From NCBI GenBank assembly GCA_965240325.2, contig OZ251235.1, positions 558,001 through 622,000 on the forward strand: a stretch of 64,000 nucleotides of DNA. Direction: 5' to 3'. Positions 54,428 through 64,000 of the stretch are shown here, piece after piece. The DNA is from Rebecca billardiae RCC1528. Its lineage: Eukaryota; Protista; Haptophyta. Made by a program: the position numbers and the translations under genes. The notes below the pieces were generated by a model, which ran no database searches, had not been told where the DNA came from, and was given only the letters and a program-made list of their open reading frames with translations. Positions within the stretch are counted from its first letter, which is position 1. Each line of letters starts with the position of its first letter.

Positions 54428-57400
54428 CTACATGCTCGTCTTGAGCTTGATGTGCCGATCGAGGGTGTACATGCGCAGGAGCAGCGCGTGCGCCGTGTCT
54501 GGCGGCTGCTCAGACAGCTTGGCGTCTTCCTGCCACCATGGCCGCCACTCCTTGGAGAACTGCTCCGCGCGGATGCTCTGCGCGAGCTCGTCCAGACACT
54601 CCCTGCGGGGCACGCGCGGCAGGGGGTCGATGAGGGCGCGCGCGGTGACGAGGAGCGCGAGGGGCACCGCGGGCGGGGTCACCCGGCACGCGTCGACGCG
54701 CTCGAACGCATGGCCCGACGGCGCTCGCACCTGAGCACAGACGGCTTGGCTGTGAGCTTCACACGCCACAGCCAGCGCGCGCGCGCCTCGGCCGACCACT
54801 GCGCGAGCGCGCTGTGCGGGAGCACCGCCTCGAGAGTGCTCAGCTCGATCTGCGACGCAGCGCAACGGGAGGGAGGGGAAGCGGGAGCGGGGCGGAGGCG
54901 GAGGCGCGGTGATGGCTGGGAGGCGCAGATGTGCACGCCGGTCGGGGCTGGCCGAGCCGGCTGGGCCGGGACCGCCGCACACCCAACCAGCGGGCGCGCT
55001 CGGCCGAGGCGGGACGGCTGCAGCCGCGAGCCAAGGCCACTTCCGACAGCTCAGCCACACGCGCGCGGCACGGCGCGCCTCTCCAGCGCTGCGGCGGGCT
55101 CGCACGGCGCGACGGGACGCAGGCGGCACGCACCTTGAGCTGCAGCATCGCCGCTGAGATGGGCCCCGCGTGCGGCCGGACGGGCGCGCTGCCGTCCGTC
55201 TCCTGTCGCGCGCGCTTGGCTGGCGTGGCTGGCGAGGCGCTCGCCGGCTGCTCGGGCGCGCGGGGCGTGTCACGGCCCTCGCCCGCGCCGTTCGTCGTGC
55301 CGTCGTCGTCGTCGTCGCTCACGACGAGCGCGCTCTTTCGGCGCACCGAGCGGCGCGACACGCCGCCGTGCTCGTCAGCCTCGCCCTCCAACGCCTGCGC
55401 ATCGCACACGCCCGTGCACGACGCCTGGTGCGCCTCGAGCGCGAGCGCGCCCATCCGCGCGGCCGAGAAGGTGACATGGCACACGGCGCAGTGCGAGTGC
55501 GTGCGGGGGTCGTGGAGCTCGGCGCAGAAGGTGCAGCGCTGCCAGCCGCGCGTCGGCTGGATGCGCTCGGCGCACGCGCACACGCGTGAGCGCTCGATGC
55601 CAGCCAGCGCGTCGAGCAGCGGACGGCCGCCCAGCTGCTTGGCCGTGCGCAGTGCAGCGATGGCTGCGAGGCCGAGCTGCAAGTCGGCGTCCACGGCCGA
55701 GGCCAGATCGCCCGCGGCGGCGCCGTCGGCGCCCGCCGCCGCCGCCGCCGCCGCCGCCGCCGAGGAGCGAAGCCGCGCTGTCCTGCTGGTGGAGACGGCG
55801 GTTGTGCCGCCCACCAGCTCCTCCGCAGATGGCGCAGCCGCGGGCGCGGCGTCGGCGGCGGTGCCGGCCGGCGCGGCGGCGGCGGGCGAGGCGGCGGCAG
55901 CGGCGGCGGCCGGCGCTCCCGCGAGCGAGCGCTCCGCATGCGCCTCCGCCGCCTTGGCCATCGCCGCAGTCAGCTGCGGCTGCACGCCGCTCAGCCCTTC
56001 CAGCAGCCGCGACTCGCGCCGGCCGCGCGGCCGAAGCGAGGCGAGCAACGCCTCGACCTCCGCGGCACAGCTGAGCGTGAGCCAGCGGCCTGGCCGAGGG
56101 TCGACAATCTCCGAGATGCGAGATTCGACCTCGTGGATGCTCGGCTTGGCGCCCGCGGCGGCGGCGGCGGCGGGCGCCGCGGCGGGCGCCGCGGCGGGCT
56201 GCGCCGCCTGCGCCGGCTGCTGCTCGTGCACGAAGAGCTGCGCCGCGTCGGCTCCGAGCAGGAAGTACGCGCGGTGGTGCCGGTCCCGACCGAGCGGCTC
56301 CGTGCGCACCTGGCCGAGCCGCTCGCGCAGCCGGTTGTACTTGAGGTCGAGGTGGCGGCGCACCTCCTCCTTGCGCGTGCGCAGCACCTCTGGCACCGAG
56401 CGATAGTTGGGCAGCCCGGCGAGCGCGCTCGGCTGCTGCGCCAGCCCGGGCGGCGGTGCGCCCGCGGGCGCGGCAGCGGGTGCCTCGGAAGGCGGCTCGG
56501 CGCCCACGGGCGCGGGGGCGGCGGCGGCCGCGCCGGCCGCCTTCGCAGCCGGGGCCGCCAACGCGGAGGCCGCGGGCGTGGAGGCCGCGGGCGCGGAGGC
56601 GGGCGACGCGGCGGCGGGCGCGACAACGGCAGCTGCGCCAGGAGCGGCGGCGGCGGGCGCAGCGGGTGGTACAGCGGCGGGAGCGGCGGCGGCGGGCGCA
56701 GCGGGCGCGCCGGCGCCCGCAGTAGCTGCCCCGCCCTTCTGCGCTGCCGCCGCGTCGTCGCCGCCGTCCGTGTCGGCGTCGAACTTGACGGTGACGGCCA
56801 CCGCCTCCTCGGGCGGCGCGCCCGCTGCCGCCGCCGTCGCGACCAGGACCGCGTACGCGGCGGCCTCGCCGCCGCCCAGCGCGTCGATCGCCATGAGCCG
56901 GCGGCGGTACTCCTTGCGCTTCATGTCCTGCAGCCGCTCGACGCCCGTGATCGTCGCCTCCGAGTGCCGCGAGAAGAAAGGGCTGTCGATCACGAGCTGC
57001 GCCATCAGGTGCAGCGTCTCGAGCCGCGTGCTCACCGGCAGCTCGGCAAAGCTGCGCGACACGCCGGCCACGCCGAGCGCCCGCGCCAGCTGCTTCTCGA
57101 TCTTATTGCTGCGGTAGCCACCCGGGCGGCGCTGCTGCACGGCGCGGGCTCCCGCGGGCGCGCCGGCGCGTGCGCCGTCGCCATCGCCATCGCCGTCGCC
57201 ATCGCCGTCGCCGTCGCCCTCGCCGTCGCCGTCGCCCTCGCCGTCGCCGTCGCCGTCGCCCTCGCCATCATCGTCATCCTCCTCGTCATCGTCATCGCCA
57301 CCCTCGTCCTCCGCGCCGGCATCCGCCTCGGCCTCGAGCCGGGACTCGCGCCGCGCGGCGGCGGCCGCCTCGCCACGCTTCTTTGCGTGCGCGACGGCGA

Positions 57401-57938
57401 GCAGGTGCCGGCGCAGCACCTCGGGCCAGGTGTGCGCGGTCAGCCGCTGGCCCTGCAGCCGCTCGCCCGAGCGCGAGATGAGGTCTCGCGCGATGCGCGC
57501 CGAGCAGACGAGCCGCCCGCGCGCGGGCGTGCCATGCCGATCGCTGCACACCGAGTAGTGATCCGCGATGATGAGCCGCGTGAGCAGGATGTGCGCCGAG
57601 TGGAAGAGCCACTCGCTCGACGCCGAGCCGAGCGGCTCGAGCAGCATCTGCTCCCACTCGCGCCAGCTGCACGTGCCGACCGTCCACAGCTGCGCACTCG
57701 TGAGCTCGACCACGTCTGCTGGCGGGCGGCGCGGCGGCGGCACGGCGGGCGCGGGCGGCGGGAGGTGCAGCGAGCCCTCGTCGAGGAGAATGTCCGCCAG
57801 CACGGACGCCGCGGGCAGCCGGCCGCCGTGCTTTGGGTCGTGCACCGGCTCTGCGAGCACGGTGGGCGACGCGGCCGCAGCTTTGCTCTCCGCGCCGCCC
57901 GGCGTGTCGCCACCAGCCTTTGCTGCGGGCTGCGACCG

Positions 57939-57970
<32 letters not shown>

Positions 57971-60900
57971 TGGCCGCGCTGGCGAGGCACGGCGGGCGCG
58001 TCGAGCACGGCTTGCGCAGCGTGTTCGGCCCGCCGTTCTTCGCCTTGTCCTTGCAGTAGCGGCACGTGTTACAGTCCGCCATCCTGCACGCCGTGCACTT
58101 GCCGCACCGCTTCCCCGGGCGCGAGGCGCCGCCGCCCGGCGCCGTTGCGCCGTCGTCGTCGCCGCCGTCCTCCTCCTCCTCCGCGTCCGCGCCGTCGCCG
58201 TTCGCGCCGACGGACCGAGCGAAAGAGGCGGACACGGCGATGGCCGGCGTGGGCGCCGCCGCGGAGCTTGCCGCGGGGCCGCCCACCGCCGCGCCGTCCG
58301 CCGCCGCGTCGGCTGGCGCCGCATCCGTCCCAGAGTCTGCGCCGAGCGCGCCCGCCGCGCCGCCGCGCTCCTCGAGGCGCGCCGCGGCCGCGCGCAGCTC
58401 GGCCGCCTTGTCCAGCGCGCCGCGGCGCACGCGCTCGTCGGCCGCGAGCGCCGCGTCGAGATCGTCCAGCGTCGCCGCCGGCACGACAATCGCCGCGAGG
58501 AGGCGGCACAAGTCGAACGCCTCGAGCGCGCCGCCCACAAGGGAGGGCGCGAGCAGGGCGGACGCTGGCCGCGCGGGCAGCGCGACGAGCGCGCTCCCGC
58601 CGCCCGCCGCCTCGTCGTCGCCCAGCTCGAGATCCTCCGTGAGCTCGATCTGCTTCACCGTCGAGACGGAGAGCGTGGTGCAGAAGCGGCGGTGGCCGCC
58701 CAGCGCCGAGATCGTGTCAAAGGCCTTGCCGCAGTCGCCGCACACGTACTCGCCGTCCTCGTTCTTCTGCGGCGGCGCGGTGTGGCCGGCGCGGAAGCGC
58801 GAGGAGCACGCCGAGCACAGCGTCTTCGGGCCCTCGGGGCCGGGCCCCTTGCCCGAGCACTCCTCGTACGTGCAGGTGCACCAGCCGCACCGCCATGCGC
58901 CGCCGTCGCAGAAGCGGCGGTGGCCGCCGAGCGCGCCGATCGTATCAAAGGCGCGGCTGCAGTTGTCGCACACGTACTTGCCGTCCTCGTTCTGCGGCGG
59001 CGGGGCGGTGTGGCCGGCGCGGAAGCGCGAGGAGCACGCCGAGCACAGCGTCTTGGGCCCCTCCGGCCCGGGCCCCTTGCCGTTGCACTCCTCGTACTTG
59101 CAGGTGCACCAGCCGCACCGCCACGTGCCGCCGTCGCAGAAGCGGCGGTGGCCGCCGAGCGCGCCGATCGTCTCGAAGGTGCGGCTGCACTGCTCGCAGA
59201 CGAACTTGCCGTCCTCGTTCACGGTGGGCGCGGCGGTGTGCCCGGCGCGGAAGCGCGAGGAGCACGCGTGGCACAGCGTCTTCGGGCCGTCAGGCCCGGC
59301 GCCCTGCGCGGCGTGCGGCGTGGGTGCGCGGGCGTCAGGGCGGTCGCTGCGGCGCTGCGCGCAGCGACAGCGGCGCGCGTGGCGCGCGCGCGCCGAGCGC
59401 GGGCGCACCTTGCCGGACGTGTCCATCGACTGGCAGCCGCACCACTTGCACCGCCACTCGCCGCCGTCGCAGAAGCGGCGGTGGCTCGTGAGCGAGGCGA
59501 GGTGCTCGAAGGCGCGGCCGCAGTTGTCGCACGGGTACTTGCCGTCCTCGTTCTTCTGCGGCGCGCTCGTGTACCCGGCGCGGAAGCGCATGCTGCACGC
59601 GTGGCAGAGCGTCTTCGGCCCGTCCGGGCCGGCGCCCTTCCCGTTCGCCTCCGCGATCGAGCAGCTACACCAGCAGCACCGCCACGTGCCCGAGTCGCAG
59701 AAGCGGCGGTGGCCGCCGAGCGCGCCGATCGTCTCGAAGGTGCGCTCGCAGTTGTCGCACACGTACTTGCCGTCCTCGTTGCGCGGCGGCGGGCCGGTGT
59801 GCCCCGCGCGGTAGCGCGAGGCGCACGCCGAGCACAGAGTCTTCGGGCCGTCGGGCCCGGGGCCCTTGCCAGAGCACTGCTGCTCGGTGGCCTTGCACCA
59901 GCGGCACTCCCAGTTGCCGCCGGAGCAGAAGCGCATGTGCCCGGCGAGCCCGCCGCGCTTGGCATAGCGCTTGTGGCACTTCTCGCACTCGAAGTTGAGC
60001 GGCTGCTCGCCGTCGGCGACGGACGGCGCGGCCGCGCTCGCGTCATCGCCCGCCAGGCTGTCCACGCGGCTCGGCGGCCGCTTGCCCTTCTTCGCCGGCG
60101 TGGAGGGTCCGGACGCTGGGCCGTCTGCGCCCGGGGCGCCACTGGTCGCGTCCCCCGCCAGCTTGCGCTTGCCGCCGCCGCCGCCCTTCGGCTTGGGCGC
60201 CCTGGGCGCCTTGGGAGCGCGCGGCGCGCCGTCCTTGCCCTTGCCCTTGCCCTTGCCCTTGCCGCCCTTGCCCGCGCCAGTGCCGTCGGCGCCTGCCCCG
60301 GCGGCGACGCTGCTGTCACCACCGTCGGCGGCGCTGCCGCATGCGCCGCTGCCGCCACTGTTCGCCGACGGCGCGCGGATGGGCTGCGCTGAGACGAGCT
60401 GCCCGTTCGCACCGTGCCGCGTATCGCCGCCGTGCAGCGGTGGCGGGCGCGGGATCGGGTGGAGCCGGCACGGATCGCAGACCCATTCCTGCGCGCGCGA
60501 AGGCCGAGCGAAGGCGTGTGCGCATGCGCGCAAGAGGGCGCGTGGTGCGATGTGAGCCGCGCGCGGTGCAGGCGCGAACGCGCCGGTCACGTGCTGCCCC
60601 CGCGCACAGCATGCTGTGCTCCGCGCCGCTCGGAGCCAGCCGGCACGCTGGGCCCGCCGCTTGCCCGCCCAGCTGCCCGCGCGCGCGCCGGAACGCGCGC
60701 TGCGCGCGCGCTGCATGCCGCCCGCACCTCTGGCACCGAGCCGAGCTGAGGCCTGAGGCAATCGATGTGCACGACGCGGTCGCAGATCTGGCAGAGCGCC
60801 ATGCGCTCGTCATGCGCGCGCGAGCCGCACTCCGAGCACATGTGGTCGTCCGCCGTCGCCACGATCTCGATCGGCAGCGGCGGCCGGCCCGTGGCCGTGT

Positions 60901-61594
60901 CGCCAATCACCCACTGGCGCGCGAGGCGCTCGAACGCAGCCTGCATGAGCCGCGCGAGCTGGCCGAGGTTGGACGCGTCGTCGTTGCGCGCGCGGTGCTG
61001 CATCCAGAGCATGCGCATGTCCGCGATGAACTCGTCCGGCAGGTGCGTGTACGGCGCCGCGCTCGGCTCGCCGTACAGCCGCGCGCCGATGTGCTCAAGC
61101 CCTGGCATGCCGGGCGAGGGCGAAGACGCGACGAGATGGACGCCGCCCTTCGCCTTCATGGCCTCGTACACGCGCGCGCAGCGCTGCGGCGCTTCATGCA
61201 TGCCCATCTGGCGCGGGTGGCTCGGCATCGGCGGCCGCTGCGCCATCATTGGCTGGTACTGAGGCGGAGGGGGCGGGCGCGGCGGCGCGTACATATGCTG
61301 CCCGTACATGTGCTGCGGCGGGCCGTCCATGCCGGGGCCCGGGCTGGGCGGGCACATGTAGCGCTGGTCGTGCATGTACGCGTCGCCGTGCGCCATGTAG
61401 ACGGGCATCGCTCCCACGGCCATGTGCGGCTGGTATCGCATCGGCTGCCCTGGCTCGGAGTGCGGCGGCGCGGACGCGCCCACTGGCATGCAGTGATGCA
61501 TGCCCATCGTGCCGGGAGCCATCGCTGGGGAGTATCGCGCGCCCTGAGGCGGCGCAGCGTACTCGTAGGGCGAGCCATTCGTCGGCCGGTCCAT
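54428..61594 (-). CDS. Large chromatin protein: bromo-like helices, PHD, 6 C2HC + 5 GATA fingers, CXXC, DDT/WHIM-WSD region; join(complement 60728..61594,59409..60488,55134..59303,54731..54849,54428..54602)
   Basis: PHD CSEC..LCQICDRVVHIDCLRP..WVCDPC spans intron 60489-60727. CXXC RCGKCTACRMADCNTCRYCKD..KNGG..RKPC. Also TWPEVLRRHL, LPVSTRLETLHLM, WSD-like EPLGRDRHHRAYF..LRPRGRRESRL, and C-terminal LLLRMYTLD. Four GT-AG introns give 6411 nt. Confidence 0.85.
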
Positions 61595-62010
61595 GCCTGC
61601 ACACGCCGGCCTCTCCGGCGGCCACGCGCGGGAGCGCCCGCCTTCAGCTCTCGCGCCCCACGCGCCGCGAGCTATTTCAGCTCAGGCGCTGAGCGCCTGA
61701 GCAGGAGCTCCTTGGTCGACCCGGCCTCGGCCCTCGCTTGCAAGTGCACGCCCCTGTGGAAGCACGGACGCGGGTTCGCCGAACGACGAAGTCACCGAAC
61801 TGCGCGAGCCAAAACCTGCATGCCGCCATAAATGCCAAATGCAGAGCTTCTCCCATTGGCTGATTTGGCTCTATGGAGTGGGTAAGGAGCCACCGCGGCC
61901 GGGAGGCGCGTGCGAGCGAGCACCGGGTGATCAGAGCGCTGCCGACACGTGCAGGGCCGCGCCCCAGCCCGCGCGCGCCCCCCCGCCCGGGCCCGGCTTT
62001 TTCAGTGGCG

Positions 62011-62562
62011 ATGGCTGTCGTGCAGCTCGCAGTGGCGGCCCTGGCCTTCACCACCCGCTCGGCCGGCCACGTGGGTGTACGCGGCGGCGCAGGAGCCGGC
62101 CTCGTCCGGCCGCTCCAGCTCAGCAGGCGCAGCCTGGTCGTCTCCTCGGACGGCGAAGAGCCCGGCGAGGTGCCGAGGCTCGCGGACGACCAACGGAGCG
62201 GACCGAGCGAGTCGGAGCTGCTGAGCGACATCGCGCGCTTCAAGGAGCGCGAGGCGGTATCTGCGCAGGAGGCGGCCGAGAGCGGGCCTGACATCGCAAT
62301 GACCATCATCAACGGGCTCGGCGTCATCCTCACCTGCAACTTCGTCATCATCGTCGGGTTGTTCGGCTGGTTCCTCGTAGGCGCGGTCGGACAGCTCGGC
62401 TTCAAGAACACGGGCGTCATCGAGAGCTTCCGCGGCGCGTGGGACCCGTTCATCCTGCCGCTGCTCACCACGCACATGGCGCTCACGTTCCTGTCCAAGG
62501 GCATCGAGAAGGTGTCTGGCAAGGAGGATGAGGGGTCGATCAGCGGCGGCTGGAAGATCTGA
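62011..62562 (+). CDS. Small membrane protein with probable bipartite plastid-targeting presequence
   Basis: MAVVQLAVAALA-F (signal peptide followed by Phe), Arg/Ser-rich transit-like stretch, acidic linker, two hydrophobic segments. Confidence 0.7.
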   Translation: MAVVQLAVAALAFTTRSAGHVGVRGGAGAGLVRPLQLSRRSLVVSSDGEEPGEVPRLADDQRSGPSESELLSDIARFKEREAVSAQEAAESGPDIAMTIINGLGVILTCNFVIIVGLFGWFLVGAVGQLGFKNTGVIESFRGAWDPFILPLLTTHMALTFLSKGIEKVSGKEDEGSISGGWKI

Positions 62563-63501
62563 TTGATCATCGGCGCGCGCGTGGACCGTGGACCCGTGCC
62601 GGCTGCCTGTCGCCAGAGCCGCAACGCCCGTCGGCTCGGCACGACGTAATCTGGGACGCATGGGCGGCGGGCACCGAAGCTGCTCCCGATACCTGCCCTG
62701 GCAAACGGTGGCATCTGCTGTGGGCCCCATCTCGGTGACATCTGCTGTGGGCCCACGCAGCGCAGGTCTCCCGAGGACGGAGAGTGAGGCCCGCCGCTGG
62801 GCCGCCGCGCGCCGTTGTCCGTTCACGGCGTTCACCGCGGGGCGGCCTCCAAGGCCGATTCGTACGTATAGTTCACATTTATTCCTCAACGACGAGCCGG
62901 ACCCGGTATTTTAATAATAATAATAATATTATTATTATTAAATATACTGCGTGACCTATTTAAGCCGAGTCTCAGGGCCTCCGAGTGGCATCGGCGCACG
63001 GTGTCGCACAGACAGATCCTGTAGTGGCACAGTCCCGCGACTGCGGGCGAGTCGGCGACTGCCGGGCCGCGAGTCCGATAAACTAGTTGTACTTGAGCAC
63101 GGCCGCAGTAATAATAATACTAAGATCAGGGGACCTGTCGGTCCTGTCCGCCTCTGCCTCTGGGGCCCGCGGGCTCGGCCTCGGGACAAGTCGGGTCATG
63201 GGCCGCGACTAATTAGGGCTTAGGCGCGAGTGCGACCGGCGACCGACCTCGACCGTTGCCGGCGGCGTTCGGGTCCGATCTGAGTCTCCATCAAGTGCAG
63301 ACCACCTCGCCACCCGACGACATGGCGACGTCCCGGGCCACAGGCCCGCGCCGTTGCGTCGACGACGGGCGAGCGCAATGGAGGTCCGAGGGGTCTTGCT
63401 GAAGTCTGAAGAGGCGCATGCCCCGCCTGAAGGAGCACCCAGAGGGCTGCTGCGCCCCAGGCCACGCCGCGTGTCACGCAGGGCAGGCCGCCGCTGAGCG
63501 C

Positions 63502-64000
63502 CTATCGCAACCGCCGCTTGCCAAACGCGCCGATCTTGCTCAGGATCGCCTCGAACCGCTCGTGATAGACCTCTTCGAACGTCTTGTTCTCGCTCAGCAT
63601 CGCCTGCTCGATGAGATCGTGCTGCTCCTGGGCGTAGTCGTGCGCCTGCTGCGCCTGCTCCTTGAGCTGCTTGCGCACCTCCTTCTGCTTCTTGTACTCA
63701 TCGTGAGTAAGCAGGTCCTCCCCCTTCACCTTTCCATGCCACTTGCGGTAGCCCTTCAGCAGGCCCGTCTTATGGTCGCGCTGTGCCTCGTACGTGGTGA
63801 AGTCGTCCTGGAAGCCGTCGAACCATTCCACCCTCGACTCGTTCAGCCCGCGCGTGCCGCACACCATGTGCGCCGCGCCCACGTGCCGCTCGTGATCGTC
63901 CAGCTCGTACCCGTCGTCGTCGCCGTTGCGGCATTTCAGGTGGTTATTCGTGGCCTTGGACATGGTGGCGCGCCCGCACAGCTGCGGCGCGCCGCCTTTG
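63502..64000 (-). CDS. 3' part of a hypothetical charged protein (frame open to window edge)
   Basis: Lys/Glu/Asp-rich ORF with strong GC3 codon bias, open upstream of the ATG at 63963. No family recognised. Confidence 0.6.
   Translation of the reverse strand, partial: KGGAPQLCGRATMSKATNNHLKCRNGDDDGYELDDHERHVGAAHMVCGTRGLNESRVEWFDGFQDDFTTYEAQRDHKTGLLKGYRKWHGKVKGEDLLTHDEYKKQKEVRKQLKEQAQQAHDYAQEQHDLIEQAMLSENKTFEEVYHERFEAILSKIGAFGKRRLR

Noticed and set aside
4289-59408. Many introns are stop-free multiples of 3 (123, 111, 180, 150, 156, 105 nt)
   Set aside because: 6 of 14 is not clearly above the one-third expectation, and absence of stops follows from GC content. It matters only because ORF callers read through them.
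62706-62755. 27-bp tandem duplication downstream of the plastid-protein gene
   Set aside because: Two copies only; an ordinary local duplication.
1-64000. tRNA, rRNA or snRNA genes
   Set aside because: No recognisable cloverleaf, rRNA or Sm-site snRNA sequence seen by eye; a covariance search could still find some.

Overview
Very GC- and CpG-rich, intron-containing eukaryotic DNA, most likely a pavlovophycean haptophyte (Pavlova/Diacronema). The assignment rests on a front-end desaturase that closely resembles the Pavlova Delta5 desaturase as I recall it, and on GTGCG...CGCAG introns. The window holds about 20 protein genes, several in tight head-to-head pairs: PP2C, TPR membrane protein, LamG membrane protein, RABGGTB, DUF819, Delta5 desaturase, ARM-BTB, Myb/UBZ, ankyrin, COG1, GT25, XPG/PIN, YbaK, GT47, PTE-like, NOL8-like RRM, a large PHD/GATA/CXXC/WHIM chromatin protein, and a probable plastid membrane protein. 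AT-richer, repeat-derived spacers separate them. Mobile DNA includes a 5'-truncated RNase H-bearing non-LTR retrotransposon, a 935-bp foldback element with ~340-bp inverted arms, and five copies of a TA|CAGT-terminated repeat. The most striking item appears only after splicing: an ~899-aa receptor-like protein with signal peptide, PA-like ectodomain, seven hydrophobic segments and a cytosolic TIR/HET-like domain that keeps the WCxxE motif. Also notable are an alternating C2HC/GATA zinc-finger array and a pattern of short insertions in intergenic repeats. All calls come from reading motifs by eye; no searches were run.
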